DNA from: Clostridia bacterium
Lineage (GTDB): Bacteria; Bacillota; Clostridia; UBA1212; DUPL01
Reading direction: 5' to 3'
NCBI GenBank assembly: GCA_050951325.1
Contig: JBMNIW010000008.1
Coordinates: forward strand, 32,001-96,000
Length of the DNA: 64,000 nt
Part shown: in pieces, positions 29,808-40,373 of the stretch
Position numbering within the stretch: the first letter of the stretch is position 1
How the letters are laid out: each line of letters starts with the position of its first letter
Translations under genes and position numbers: made by a program
The notes under the pieces: generated by a model
Told to the model about the DNA's origin: nothing
Database searches by the model: none
Seen by the model: only the letters and a program-made list of their open reading frames with translations

Positions 29808-32807
29808 ATGCATGTTAAAAAAACCACAATACTAATCATATCCTCGCTGCTTTTGGCTCTGCTTCTTGCTGGATGCACTTTCAGCGAGGATTTTGACATA
29901 GAAAATACGACAAGTCCGACAGAACAAAAGCCAACTGCCTCACCTTCCATTCATTATGGAATTAATTTTTCACACGAAGCAGGATTTTACGAGCATGAAT
30001 TTGAGCTTGAACTGTCCGCACCCAGCGGCAGCACGATATATTACACGACGGACGGAAGCGATCCGAGAGAAAAAGGAAAAGAGTATACAGGGCCAATAAA
30101 AATAGCAAATAGTGATACAAAGCCCATTGGGAGAGTTACAAGAAGCATAGGAAACTATGGCACAAAACCCAGGCTTACAGCCACCGTTGTAAGGGCATAT
30201 ACTAAGAAAAACAGTTTCGAATCCCCTGTTGTTACAAATACCTACTTTGTTGCGGAAAACCTTGCAGACAGATACAAGCTGCCCTTTGTATCCGTATCTT
30301 TAGAATTCAACGATTTTGCTGGTACAAGAGGAATATACTTTAACCCATCCATATCCGACAATGTATTTGATACAAAAAAAAGAATAAAAGTTTTTGTTGA
30401 GTTTTTTGATGAAAAGGGACTGAAAAGAGACAATCTGTATGCTCAAATGACATTGCAGGGAAACGGTTCTATGGGAGCCACAATGAAATCCTTCCGTCTC
30501 TTCTTCAAAAAAGATCTCGACAAGGACACTCTTTTCTATCCAAGCAAACTAACTTACGACATATTTGGAGGAAGGGTCAAGGATAAAGACGGAAATACAA
30601 TTAACAACTTTAAACGAATCCTTTTAAGAAACTCGGGCAACGACTTCAATCGTTCCATGCTTCGTGACAGATTGATTCAGAAACTGAGTGAACCTTTGAC
30701 ATGTGATTATCAGGAGTCCCAACCCGTTATGATGTTTATTAACGGCGAGTTCTGGGGAATGTACAATGCAAGAGAGCGTTACGATGACAAATACTTCAGA
30801 GACCATTACGGAATACTGGAAGAAAACATTGTAATGCTGGAAGCCCCTACTCCACTCAAGTTCCATGACAGAAGCTATACGAACCCTTACGAATTGTGTG
30901 AAGGCGAAAAAGGTGACGACAAACCCTGGCATGACCTTATCCGATACATAGACACCCACAACCTGTCAAACGACAATTACTACAGGGTGGTCGAAGACCA
31001 GGTTGACATATACAGTCTTATGGACATGTATATTGTAAACGTGTTTTTCTGCAATGCCGACTGGCCAGGCAACAATGTAAAGGTGTGGAGAAATAAAAAT
31101 CCACACGATCCAAGCGGCATGGACACAAAATGGCGTTTTGTCCTTATGGACCTGGACATGGGTGCAAGTTTTGGAGCAGGACCTGAACATAACTTTATGG
31201 GGCATGCATTCAACAGGGGCACGGGATGGATATTGACAAAACTTATGACCTCCCTGCTTCAAAACGATGGCTTCAAACAGGAATTTGTAGAGAGATTCGT
31301 GTACATTGTTGATAATGTATTTACTCCTGAAATTACAATTCCTGTCATGGAAAGCATGGCGGAAGAAATTGAAGCAGCCATGGAACTGAATGTGGCTAGA
31401 TGGCCTCAGAACACTATGAACAACTGGAAGATAGAGATTCAGAAAATACGCTCTTTCCTCAACAACAGAGGAAGGTACGTGAAAAATCATGTTTACAACT
31501 TCTTTGGCATTCATCCAAAGGAAGTAAGTTATGTGTTTGATAAAAACAAGGTTTCCCTTGATGTAAACGGACAGAATGTACCAGAAGGATACACAACAGA
31601 GGTTGAGGCAGCCAGCAGCTTGAATCTTTCTGTCACTACTAAGAGCGGGTATGACTTTGTTTCAATAAATGTGATTGACGCAAACGGAAACCAGAAAACA
31701 TATGCACATCCAAAGACTACAGTCTCCTTGAGTGGAAAAACCTCCATTATTGTGCTTGCAAAGATGAAAAACTTTAGGACAACACCACAGATTGTTGCAG
31801 GCTCAAGAAGCATGTTTGCAATCACTGAGAATGGTGATATGTATGCCTGGGGAAACAACGAACTTGGACAGAATGGAGTTTTCACAAGCAAAACTCTGAC
31901 AAAACCAACTTTAATAATGACGGGTGTGGTCAAGGTGGCAACATCCATGGGTGGAAACGTAGGCGATTCCCCCCACACCCTTATACTCACCGACAACAAC
32001 ATCTTGTACAGTGTGGGCAACAACAATTTCGGACAGCTCGGAAGAGATGGCAATACAACCATTCCAATGAAGGTCAGCTTGACCGGAAAGATTAAAGACA
32101 TCAGTGCGGGTTTCGACCATACTCTTGTCTTAATGGAAAACGGAGACTTGTACGGATGCGGAAACAATCAAAGAGGCCAGCTGGGCACAACAAATTTTGG
32201 AGGCCAGGTAAGAAATTTTGTTAAAATTGCATCCAATGTAAGAGAGATTGCTGCAGGCAGGCGTCATTCCGTTTTTGTTGACAACCAGGGAAAAGCCTAC
32301 GCTTTGGGAGACAACAGATGGAATAAACTTACAACCCAAAGCGTTGAAAGTTATTCTACCCCCGTACTCATAATGAACAACGTAAGAAATGTATACGCGG
32401 GTGAACACCAGACTCTGCTCTTAACCAATAATAACGAACTGTATTATCTTGGCTGGAGAAACCATGTATCTCTTGCTGCAGGTCAAGCAGACGGCCGCCC
32501 ACACAAGCTCTTGGACAATGTGAAAAAAGCCAGCATGATGGATGAACACGCAATCATACTGACCAATGACAACAAAGCCTATGGCTGGGGTCTTAACAGC
32601 TACAGTCAGGTAACCAACGGCACACAGACCCAATCCACCCCCGTACTCATTGCCAACAATGTAGTTGATGTGGCTGCAGGCTCCTGGTTCTCCGCACTCC
32701 TTCATGAGGATGGAAGAATTGTTGTCTGGGGCAACAACAATTCAGGAATTGCCGGAAACGGCACTACATCAGATAAAATAAGCAAAACTACAATTCGACT
32801 TACCTGA
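29808..32807 (+). CDS. Lipoprotein: FN3-associated domain + CotH kinase + RCC1 propeller (paralog 2)
   Basis: Lipobox LAGC; same motifs and domain order as upstream gene. Confidence 0.85.
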   Translation: MHVKKTTILIISSLLLALLLAGCTFSEDFDIENTTSPTEQKPTASPSIHYGINFSHEAGFYEHEFELELSAPSGSTIYYTTDGSDPREKGKEYTGPIKIANSDTKPIGRVTRSIGNYGTKPRLTATVVRAYTKKNSFESPVVTNTYFVAENLADRYKLPFVSVSLEFNDFAGTRGIYFNPSISDNVFDTKKRIKVFVEFFDEKGLKRDNLYAQMTLQGNGSMGATMKSFRLFFKKDLDKDTLFYPSKLTYDIFGGRVKDKDGNTINNFKRILLRNSGNDFNRSMLRDRLIQKLSEPLTCDYQESQPVMMFINGEFWGMYNARERYDDKYFRDHYGILEENIVMLEAPTPLKFHDRSYTNPYELCEGEKGDDKPWHDLIRYIDTHNLSNDNYYRVVEDQVDIYSLMDMYIVNVFFCNADWPGNNVKVWRNKNPHDPSGMDTKWRFVLMDLDMGASFGAGPEHNFMGHAFNRGTGWILTKLMTSLLQNDGFKQEFVERFVYIVDNVFTPEITIPVMESMAEEIEAAMELNVARWPQNTMNNWKIEIQKIRSFLNNRGRYVKNHVYNFFGIHPKEVSYVFDKNKVSLDVNGQNVPEGYTTEVEAASSLNLSVTTKSGYDFVSINVIDANGNQKTYAHPKTTVSLSGKTSIIVLAKMKNFRTTPQIVAGSRSMFAITENGDMYAWGNNELGQNGVFTSKTLTKPTLIMTGVVKVATSMGGNVGDSPHTLILTDNNILYSVGNNNFGQLGRDGNTTIPMKVSLTGKIKDISAGFDHTLVLMENGDLYGCGNNQRGQLGTTNFGGQVRNFVKIASNVREIAAGRRHSVFVDNQGKAYALGDNRWNKLTTQSVESYSTPVLIMNNVRNVYAGEHQTLLLTNNNELYYLGWRNHVSLAAGQADGRPHKLLDNVKKASMMDEHAIILTNDNKAYGWGLNSYSQVTNGTQTQSTPVLIANNVVDVAAGSWFSALLHEDGRIVVWGNNNSGIAGNGTTSDKISKTTIRLT

Positions 32808-34236
32808 CGATTTCTTTTTCTATCAAGAACCCTAGTTCCTTCCTTACATTTGCAAACTCGTCATTGTCTCTTGTGTAATTTAAAAGTGACTTTGAAACTT
32901 TATTTATAAGTTTCAGAGTCGCTTCTTTTCCTATGGTTTCTTCCGCCATTTTAAGATATTCAAAATCCTCAATACCATCCCTTACAGCTTCAAGTCTCAA
33001 TGAGCCACAAGGACCATTCTCTCCGTTATACAGTAAGGATCCGTCGCCAAACACATAATCAGACAACCATTTGACAGTAGCCATGTCTTCCCAAGGATCG
33101 TCAACATACTCCCAGTAGTTGGAGTGCCAGTACAAAAGGCCATCCACATCATACAGCCTCTTTTGCCAGAACAGAATCCTGTGCATGATTCCTGACATGT
33201 CAACAAAGAGATTGCAATATGGATCACCAGGCTCCCAGCATACATACCAGAGCACTTTGTCTCCCCTTCTCTTCTTTTCTACCATCTTCTCTCCAAAAGG
33301 TTTTGTTTCAGATACATATACATCCGTGTTTATCCACATGTAACTCTTTGGACACCATATGTTTGAAACGCCGTCCAAAAGCTCCACACTGTCCTTTTCA
33401 GGGCTGTCGATAGGATTAACAAAAAATGGTGTGCATACATTGTTGTTTGGAAACAGCCTGTTCAGCCTTTCCTTGTATTCATACAACTTTTTGTAATGCT
33501 CCATACATGAAGGCTCGTCTAGAGGATAAAAAAATCCTTTCGAGAACCATTCTTTATTCTTAACAAGTTTGTTATAGTATTTTACAATAGTATCATCGTC
33601 ACTTGAGTAGGGAATTCTGAAACTTGTCATTCGCAGATCCGACAGATATTTGTCTGCCTCATCACTAAGAATATTACAAGGAATGTCATATGCGGATATT
33701 TTATGCTTAAGTAGAAACTCATAATATTCTGCATATAGTTTATCAGTGCCATGCATTTTCTCAATATACTTTCTACCAAGACCAAAAGCTGTAATGCAGC
33801 TTGGAGTAACCGGAAGAGTAAAATCAAAAACACAAATATCGATATGGGATTTGATTGTTCCCTCTTTAGTACTAATCAAAACCACCGCTTTGTGGTCGCC
33901 AGATTTTACATCGCTAACAGCATGGAAACGTATGTACACTGGCTGCCTTACGCCCTTTTTTAGAGGTATTTTGGTGTTGTCGCAAATGGGCATAAGTCCG
34001 TCAGGATACATATGTTCTTTCTTTACAGATACATACCTGACAAGAAAAATATCAAAAGTAAAACCGTCTACTTTCACACTTACCGACACTTCGGCATCCA
34101 CTTCCGATTTTAGAACCAGCTGGCATCCTTCATATTCATTTCTTGCCATGTAAATCTGAAAACTGCTTGTTTGTCTGTCCAAAGTAGTGTCGTTAAGTAT
34201 CTTTGAATAAGGATGGTCAAAATAATATTTTATCAT
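32800..34236 (-). CDS. DUF4091/GH123-like putative glycoside hydrolase
   Basis: ARNEYE..Q, YPLDEP, WYVC, GLLYW, GDG.LLY, SLRLEAVRDGIEDFEYL. Confidence 0.75.
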   Translation of the reverse strand: MIKYYFDHPYSKILNDTTLDRQTSSFQIYMARNEYEGCQLVLKSEVDAEVSVSVKVDGFTFDIFLVRYVSVKKEHMYPDGLMPICDNTKIPLKKGVRQPVYIRFHAVSDVKSGDHKAVVLISTKEGTIKSHIDICVFDFTLPVTPSCITAFGLGRKYIEKMHGTDKLYAEYYEFLLKHKISAYDIPCNILSDEADKYLSDLRMTSFRIPYSSDDDTIVKYYNKLVKNKEWFSKGFFYPLDEPSCMEHYKKLYEYKERLNRLFPNNNVCTPFFVNPIDSPEKDSVELLDGVSNIWCPKSYMWINTDVYVSETKPFGEKMVEKKRRGDKVLWYVCWEPGDPYCNLFVDMSGIMHRILFWQKRLYDVDGLLYWHSNYWEYVDDPWEDMATVKWLSDYVFGDGSLLYNGENGPCGSLRLEAVRDGIEDFEYLKMAEETIGKEATLKLINKVSKSLLNYTRDNDEFANVRKELGFLIEKEIVR

Positions 34237-34349
34237 AATATCACCCGTTTTTAATAATATAGGCCAATTATATCATAATCTCAAGTCCCTATACATATAT
34301 TAAAGATTGTGGTATAATGCAGACATTACAAAAAAAGGAGATGAAAGGC

Positions 34350-34736
34350 ATGTGTAAAAACCAAAAATTCTTCAGATGTAAGATGTGCGGCAAGATAATT
34401 GGTATAATTGAAGACACAGGTGTACCAACTATATGCTGCGGACAGGAAATGTATGAACTAATCCCCAACACCGAGGATGCCTCAACTGAAAAGCACGTTC
34501 CAAAAGTAACTGTTGAAGGCAACATAGTAACTGTTGAGGTAGGTAGCGCACCTCATCCAATGATTCCAGAACACTATATCCAATGGATATATCTCCTTAC
34601 CGAACACGGCGGTCAAAGAAAATGCCTGACCCCCGATGACGAACCGAAAGCAATCTTTGCACTTGCCGAAGGCGACAAAGCCCTAAGTGCATTTGAATAC
34701 TGTAATCTCCACGGCCTGTGGAAAGCGGATATTTAG
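34350..34736 (+). CDS. dfx: Desulfoferrodoxin / superoxide reductase
   Basis: CKMCG..CCG, EKHVP, HPM..EHYI, YCNLHGLW. Confidence 0.93.
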   Translation: MCKNQKFFRCKMCGKIIGIIEDTGVPTICCGQEMYELIPNTEDASTEKHVPKVTVEGNIVTVEVGSAPHPMIPEHYIQWIYLLTEHGGQRKCLTPDDEPKAIFALAEGDKALSAFEYCNLHGLWKADI

Positions 34737-34745
34737 AACATAACT

Positions 34746-34770
34746 TTAAGGGCAGTGCATCTGCCCTTAA
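34746..34770 (+). terminator. Hairpin after dfx
   Basis: TTAAGGGCAG/CTGCCCTTAA inverted repeat. Confidence 0.55.
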
Positions 34771-34800
34771 TATTTCATAAGCAAATGAAGTGAGGTTGAC

Positions 34801-35466
34801 ATGTCGAATTTCTTTAAAGAAGCTCTCCCGTTTTACAAAAAACTTTCAAAAGAAGAACAGAAGTTGATTGCCAACAACATATACGAGAAAACTTTTTTAA
34901 AAGGCACCATAATACACTCCGGCTCACAAGACTGTACAGGTCTTTTTTTAGTAGAAATCGGAGCAGTTCGTGCATACATCCTCTCTGAAGATGGAAAGGA
35001 AATAACACTGTACAGGCTGCTTCCAAGGGATATTTGCATGTTTTCAGCATCCTGTGTCATGAATAACATATCATTCGATATATTTATGGAAACGATAACA
35101 GACACAGTCGTTCATGTAATACCGCCTGATATTTTCAAAACACTGAAAAACACCTCTTTGCCTGTTGCAGACTACATAAGCAAATTAATGGCCAGCAGGG
35201 TTTCTGACATGGTTTGGGTTATTGAGCAGGTGGTGTTTAAAAGTTTTGATAAAAGACTTGCAGCTTTTCTATTGGAAATGTCGGCTATTGAAGATTCCAA
35301 CACCCTTGCCACAACCCATGATCAGATTGCCAAAAATCTCGGCACGGCAAGAGAGGTGGTTTCAAGAATGCTCAAATACTTTGAGTCCAATAATCTGGTT
35401 GAATTAAACAGGGGTGTTGTAAGGATAATAGATACGGATGCACTTTACAACCTGTCGGAGAGTTAA
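34801..35466 (+). CDS. Crp/Fnr family transcriptional regulator
   Basis: GKEITLYRL, THDQIAKNLGTAREVVSR. Confidence 0.92.
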   Translation: MSNFFKEALPFYKKLSKEEQKLIANNIYEKTFLKGTIIHSGSQDCTGLFLVEIGAVRAYILSEDGKEITLYRLLPRDICMFSASCVMNNISFDIFMETITDTVVHVIPPDIFKTLKNTSLPVADYISKLMASRVSDMVWVIEQVVFKSFDKRLAAFLLEMSAIEDSNTLATTHDQIAKNLGTAREVVSRMLKYFESNNLVELNRGVVRIIDTDALYNLSES

Positions 35467-35479
35467 GAAGGAGTAAGGA

Positions 35480-36049
35480 ATGAAGGATAAATTCAGCAAA
35501 TATTGGACTTTATTCATATCAACTTTCAAGATAAGCGCCTTCACCTTTGGGGGCGGCTTTGTCATTGTGCCCCTTATGAAGAAGAAGTTCTGTGATGAAC
35601 TTAATTGGATAAAGGAAGATGAGATTCTCGACCTTATTGCCATAGCCCAGTCATCTCCTGGTGCCATTGCGGTAAACGCATCTATAATAATTGGGCATAG
35701 AATTTTGGGTGTAACAGGAGCATTAGTTGCAGCTATTGCCACTGTCCTGCCCCCTCTTATTATCCTTTCTGTCATATCCTTCTTTTATACCTTCTTCAAG
35801 GAGAATAGAATTATAAATGCTCTTTTGAAAGGAATGCAGGCGGGAGTTGCAGCAGTTATTGTGGATGTTGTTTTTGAAATGGCTTCCAAGATAGTAAAGA
35901 AAAAAGAAATAGTCTCTATTCTTTTAATGACAATATCTTTTATACTCGTCTTTTTCTTTAGGATCAACCTTTATCTTCTAATACTGACAGGCGCTCTGGT
36001 GGGTGTTTTGTACAAGCTAATTCAGAACAAAAGGAAGAATGCCTTATGA
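35480..36049 (+). CDS. Chromate transporter (short-chain CHR) subunit 1
   Basis: FTFGGG, AQSSPG motifs. Confidence 0.9.
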   Translation: MKDKFSKYWTLFISTFKISAFTFGGGFVIVPLMKKKFCDELNWIKEDEILDLIAIAQSSPGAIAVNASIIIGHRILGVTGALVAAIATVLPPLIILSVISFFYTFFKENRIINALLKGMQAGVAAVIVDVVFEMASKIVKKKEIVSILLMTISFILVFFFRINLYLLILTGALVGVLYKLIQNKRKNAL

Positions 36050-36618
36050 TATACCTAAAGCTTTTTTGGAGTTTCCTACAAATAGGATTGTTAAGCATAG
36101 GTGGTGGGTATGCTGCCCTCCCCCTTATACAGGAACGCATAGTGGAAAAAAACAACTGGCTCACCATGGAGACCTTTACCGATTTGATAACAATATCGGA
36201 AATGACACCAGGGCCAATTGCAATAAATTCGGCCACCTTTGTCGGCATGCGGGTTGCTGGCATACCGGGTGCAATTGCAACGACTATTGGCTTGGTCCTA
36301 CCTGCATTCATAATTGTTATCACACTGGCATATTTCTATAACCGCTTTGTATCCTCCTTTGTAATGGACGGCATATTAACGGGCCTTAGACCCATAGTGG
36401 TTGCTTTAATAGGTTCAGCTGGTCTTTCCATTACATTTACCGTCTTATGGGAGCAAACGAGAATCATCGGTGTTCTTAATAATTTGAAGAACATCGACGT
36501 CTTCTCCCTTATTCTCTTTTTAGGCAGTATTGTCATTCTTAGAAGGTTCAAGCCAAATCCAATCCTTGTAATGCTGGGCTGCGGTGTCCTGGGAGTACTG
36601 TTCTATATGTTTGCTTAA
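36046..36618 (+). CDS. Chromate transporter (short-chain CHR) subunit 2
   Basis: SIGGGY, SEMTPGPIAINSATFVG. Confidence 0.9.
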   Translation: MIYLKLFWSFLQIGLLSIGGGYAALPLIQERIVEKNNWLTMETFTDLITISEMTPGPIAINSATFVGMRVAGIPGAIATTIGLVLPAFIIVITLAYFYNRFVSSFVMDGILTGLRPIVVALIGSAGLSITFTVLWEQTRIIGVLNNLKNIDVFSLILFLGSIVILRRFKPNPILVMLGCGVLGVLFYMFA

Positions 36619-36671
36619 AAATTTTTGTAAAAAATTAAAAATTGGTCTTGAACATTGCCTGATTATGTATT

Positions 36672-36719
36672 ATTATATATCTAGTGTATTTGTAACACCA
36701 GAAACACAACATATTGAGC
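36672..36719. promoter_or_regulatory. Tandem NrdR boxes upstream of nrdD
   Basis: ATTATATATCTAGTGT (36672-87) and ACACAACATATTGAGC (36704-19), starts 32 nt apart; resemble acaCwAtATaTwGtgt. Confidence 0.75.
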
Positions 36720-36752
36720 TTTTTAATGATATATCCCGTAGGAGGTAACGAC

Positions 36753-38852
36753 ATGATAACTAAAATTATTAAACGCAATGGAGATGTTGTCCCTTTTAAG
36801 AAAGAAAAAATCGTACTTGCCATATTCAAGGCTGCAAATGCAGTAGGTGGAGACGACTTTGCAACATCTGAACGCCTGGCAGAAGAAGTTGTAAGGATTG
36901 CGGAGCAGACATGCCCAGACGGAGTTGCAGAAGTAGAAAAGATTCAAGATATAGTTGAGAAAGTATTGATAGAACACGGACATGCTAAAACAGCCAAAGC
37001 ATTTATCCTTTACCGCGAAAAGAGACGTTCCGCTCGTCAGGCCAATGCACTAATCGGCGCTACAATAGATATGTTCAGCAATTATCTTAATGATACAGAC
37101 TGGAAAATAAATGAGAATGCAAATACACAAAAATCAATAAACGGCCTGAACAATTATGTAAGGGAAGCTTTTACACAAAATTACTGGCTACATGAAATAT
37201 ATCCTGTTGATGTCAGGGATGCCCACGTATCCGGAGACATCCATATTCACGACTTGGGCTTCTTTGGCCCCTATTGTGCTGGATGGGATTTAAGACAGCT
37301 TCTTATGAACGGTTTTGGAGGCGTTCCTGGTAAAGTTGAGTCAAAACCCGCAAAGCACTTGCGCTCATTGCTTGGACAAATTGTCAATTCAACCTTTACG
37401 ACCCAGGGAGAGACTGCCGGAGCACAAGCCTGGTCATCCATTGACACCTATTGCGCTCCATTTATCAGGTATGACAACCTTGACTACAAATCAGTCAAAC
37501 AGGCTCTACAGGAGTTCATATTCAACCTTAACGTACCCACAAGAGTTGGCTTCCAGTGTCCGTTTTCCAACCTTACATTCGACCTCGTTCCTCCAAGCAC
37601 ATTGAAAGACCAGAATGTAATTATTGGCGGACAGCTCATGCCTGAAACCTACGGAGAATTCCAGAAGGAAATGGATATATTCAATACAGCCTTCTGCGAA
37701 GTTATGATGGAAGGCGATGCAAAGGGAAGAGTTTTCACCTTTCCAATCCCAACCATTAACGTTACCAAGGACTTTGACTGGGACAGCCCCGTAGTGGAAA
37801 AATTCATGGAAATAACCTGCAAGTATGGTATCCCCTACTTCTCCAACTATATCAATTCCGACCTGTCTCCCGAGGACGCTTTGTCCATGTGCTGCAGACT
37901 CAGACTTGACACCTCCGAGCTGAGAAAGAGAGGCGGCGGATTGTTTGGCTCCAACCCATTGACAGGCTCCATCGGCGTTGTAACCGTCAACCTGCCAAGA
38001 CTTGCATATATTTCAAAGTCTGAATCTGAATTCAGGACAAGACTCTGGCATCTTGTAAACCTGTCAAAGAACAGCCTTGAGATAAAGAGGAAGATTATTG
38101 AGGACCAAACACATAAAGGACTTTATCCATATTCAGCCTTTTATCTAAAAGATGTCTACAACAAGACAGGAAGCTACTGGTACAACCACTTTAACACCAT
38201 CGGCATTATTGGTATGAATGAGGCATGCATGAACCTGTTAGGTCCTGAAAATGATATTACAACACCTGAAGGACAGCGTTTTGCCATAGAAACACTTGAG
38301 TACCTAAGAGATTTGATTAAGGAAATACAGGAGGAAACAGGCCACTACTACAACCTTGAGGCAACCCCGGCGGAAGGCACAAGCTACCGTCTTGCAAAAC
38401 TGGACAAGGAGAAATACAAGGATATAATTACTCAAGGTACCAATGTGCCCTATTACACAAATTCCTCGCATCTGCCTGTTGGATTTACAGATGACATATT
38501 TGAAACCCTGGATCTGCAGGATGAATTACAATCCCTGTATACAGGAGGAACGGTTCTGCACTTCTATTTGGGAGAAGAAGTAAGAGACACTGAGACTGCA
38601 AAGGCCTTAATTAAAAGGATATTCACAAACTACAAACTCCCATATATTTCTCTTACACCTACCTTCTCAGTATGCAACGACCACGGATATATTCCAGGAG
38701 AACACTTCAGATGCCCTGTATGCGACTGTCCTGCTGAAGTTTACACAAGAGTTGTGGGTTACCTAAGACCTGTACAGAACTTCAACAAGGGCAAGAAGGA
38801 AGAGTACAAGGACAGAATCAAATACGTTATTAGGGAAGAGGTATTATGTTAA
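36753..38852 (+). CDS. nrdD: Class III anaerobic ribonucleoside-triphosphate reductase
   Basis: ATP cone, SMCCRL, EATPAEG, C-terminal CxxH/CxxC, glycyl radical loop RVVGYL. Confidence 0.95.
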   Translation: MITKIIKRNGDVVPFKKEKIVLAIFKAANAVGGDDFATSERLAEEVVRIAEQTCPDGVAEVEKIQDIVEKVLIEHGHAKTAKAFILYREKRRSARQANALIGATIDMFSNYLNDTDWKINENANTQKSINGLNNYVREAFTQNYWLHEIYPVDVRDAHVSGDIHIHDLGFFGPYCAGWDLRQLLMNGFGGVPGKVESKPAKHLRSLLGQIVNSTFTTQGETAGAQAWSSIDTYCAPFIRYDNLDYKSVKQALQEFIFNLNVPTRVGFQCPFSNLTFDLVPPSTLKDQNVIIGGQLMPETYGEFQKEMDIFNTAFCEVMMEGDAKGRVFTFPIPTINVTKDFDWDSPVVEKFMEITCKYGIPYFSNYINSDLSPEDALSMCCRLRLDTSELRKRGGGLFGSNPLTGSIGVVTVNLPRLAYISKSESEFRTRLWHLVNLSKNSLEIKRKIIEDQTHKGLYPYSAFYLKDVYNKTGSYWYNHFNTIGIIGMNEACMNLLGPENDITTPEGQRFAIETLEYLRDLIKEIQEETGHYYNLEATPAEGTSYRLAKLDKEKYKDIITQGTNVPYYTNSSHLPVGFTDDIFETLDLQDELQSLYTGGTVLHFYLGEEVRDTETAKALIKRIFTNYKLPYISLTPTFSVCNDHGYIPGEHFRCPVCDCPAEVYTRVVGYLRPVQNFNKGKKEEYKDRIKYVIREEVLC

Positions 38853-39526
38853 TAGAGGGTATTGTAAAAAGTTCACTTATTGACTTTCCAAAGACATTAT
38901 CTTGCATACTTTTTACATCCATATGTAATTTTGATTGTTTTTATTGTCACAACCGGGACCTGATTAAAGGTTCCGGTTCCATTATCAGCGAGGATGAAAT
39001 ATTTTCATTTCTCAAGAAACGCCAGGGTCTTCTTGATGGTGTTGTAATTACAGGCGGAGAACCGACACTTCAAAAGGATCTTATTCCTTTCATGTCAAAA
39101 ATTAAGGCTCTGGGATACAAGATAAAACTGGACACAAACGGCAGTAAACCTGAAGTGGTAAAAAATGTACTTGAAGAAAACTTGTGCGACTATTTTGCGG
39201 TAGACTACAAGGCACCACAAGACAGGTATTTTGAGATTTGCAGCTTTCCAGGTACAAAGGTATTGGAAACGATAAACATATTACTGGAAAGCAATGTAGA
39301 CTTTGAGGCAAGAACTACAGTCGTACCTCAATTGACACTTGAAGACTTGATAACAATGGCAAAGGAACTTCCCAAGCTTCCCAAATATGTTTTGAACAAA
39401 TATGTAAAACCAAAAAAATTCCTGGAAAAAGATATGGAAAGAATTAATGCAAAACCATACTCACCGGATGAAATTAAGGAAATGGCAAACGTATTGAGAA
39501 AATATCAACCTTACGTCATTACTTAG
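38846..39526 (+). CDS. nrdG: Anaerobic RNR activating radical-SAM protein
   Basis: CNFDCFYCHN, TGGEPT, KLDTNG; coupled to nrdD. Confidence 0.92.
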   Translation: MLIEGIVKSSLIDFPKTLSCILFTSICNFDCFYCHNRDLIKGSGSIISEDEIFSFLKKRQGLLDGVVITGGEPTLQKDLIPFMSKIKALGYKIKLDTNGSKPEVVKNVLEENLCDYFAVDYKAPQDRYFEICSFPGTKVLETINILLESNVDFEARTTVVPQLTLEDLITMAKELPKLPKYVLNKYVKPKKFLEKDMERINAKPYSPDEIKEMANVLRKYQPYVIT

Positions 39527-40373
39527 ATTTAAGTGCCAAAAGTATCTCTCTCACCAGCTTGCATGCAAGAACTGTTGACCTTCCGCTTGCATCATAAGTA
39601 GGCGACAGCTCACAAACATCCGCTGCAACAATATTTAGTTTGCAAACTTTCATAACACCATCCATAAGCTCGCTAAATGAAATGCCTCCTGCTTCGGGTG
39701 TGCCTGTTCCCGGAAACTCCGACGGGTCAAGCACATCCAAATCTATGGAAAAATATACATTCTTGTCTTTCAACTTATCAACAACATCATAAAGTGTGCT
39801 TAAATCAAACTTGTTCATGAACACCTTGCCTGATGCAAACTCAAACTCCGCTTTTGCCCCGCTTCTAATACCGAACTGAAAGATTCTGTTTTCTCCTACC
39901 AGCTCGTAACACCTTCTCATAACAGTTGCATGTGAAAGTTTTTCTCCCATATACTCATCCCTCAAATCGCAGTGGGCATCAAAGTGGATTATATGCAAAT
40001 CAGAATATATCTCTGTACAAGCCCTTACCTGGGCCAGGGTTACCAAATGCTCTCCACCAATAAGGAAGGGGAGTTTTTTGTCTCTTAAAATCTTAAGAGC
40101 GTACTCTTTAGTCATATCCAAAACCTTTTGGGTATTACCAAAGGGTATTTCAAGATCTCCTCCGTCAAAGAAATTGAAATCTGTCAAATCCAAATTCTGA
40201 TATGGACTATACGTTTCAATCCCATAGCTTTCATTTCTTATAAAAGAAGGGGCAAATCTTGCCCCTGGTCTGTAAGATGTCGTTCCGTCGAACGGACACC
40301 CATATATGCAAATATCGCTTTCCTTATACCCTTTGTCCGCACCAATGAAGGTGTGTATGTTCTTCTCTAACAT
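39519..40373 (-). CDS. speB: Agmatinase
   Basis: GGEH, FDAHCD, DLDVLDP, GTGTPEAGG. Confidence 0.93.
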   Translation of the reverse strand: MLEKNIHTFIGADKGYKESDICIYGCPFDGTTSYRPGARFAPSFIRNESYGIETYSPYQNLDLTDFNFFDGGDLEIPFGNTQKVLDMTKEYALKILRDKKLPFLIGGEHLVTLAQVRACTEIYSDLHIIHFDAHCDLRDEYMGEKLSHATVMRRCYELVGENRIFQFGIRSGAKAEFEFASGKVFMNKFDLSTLYDVVDKLKDKNVYFSIDLDVLDPSEFPGTGTPEAGGISFSELMDGVMKVCKLNIVAADVCELSPTYDASGRSTVLACKLVREILLALKSK

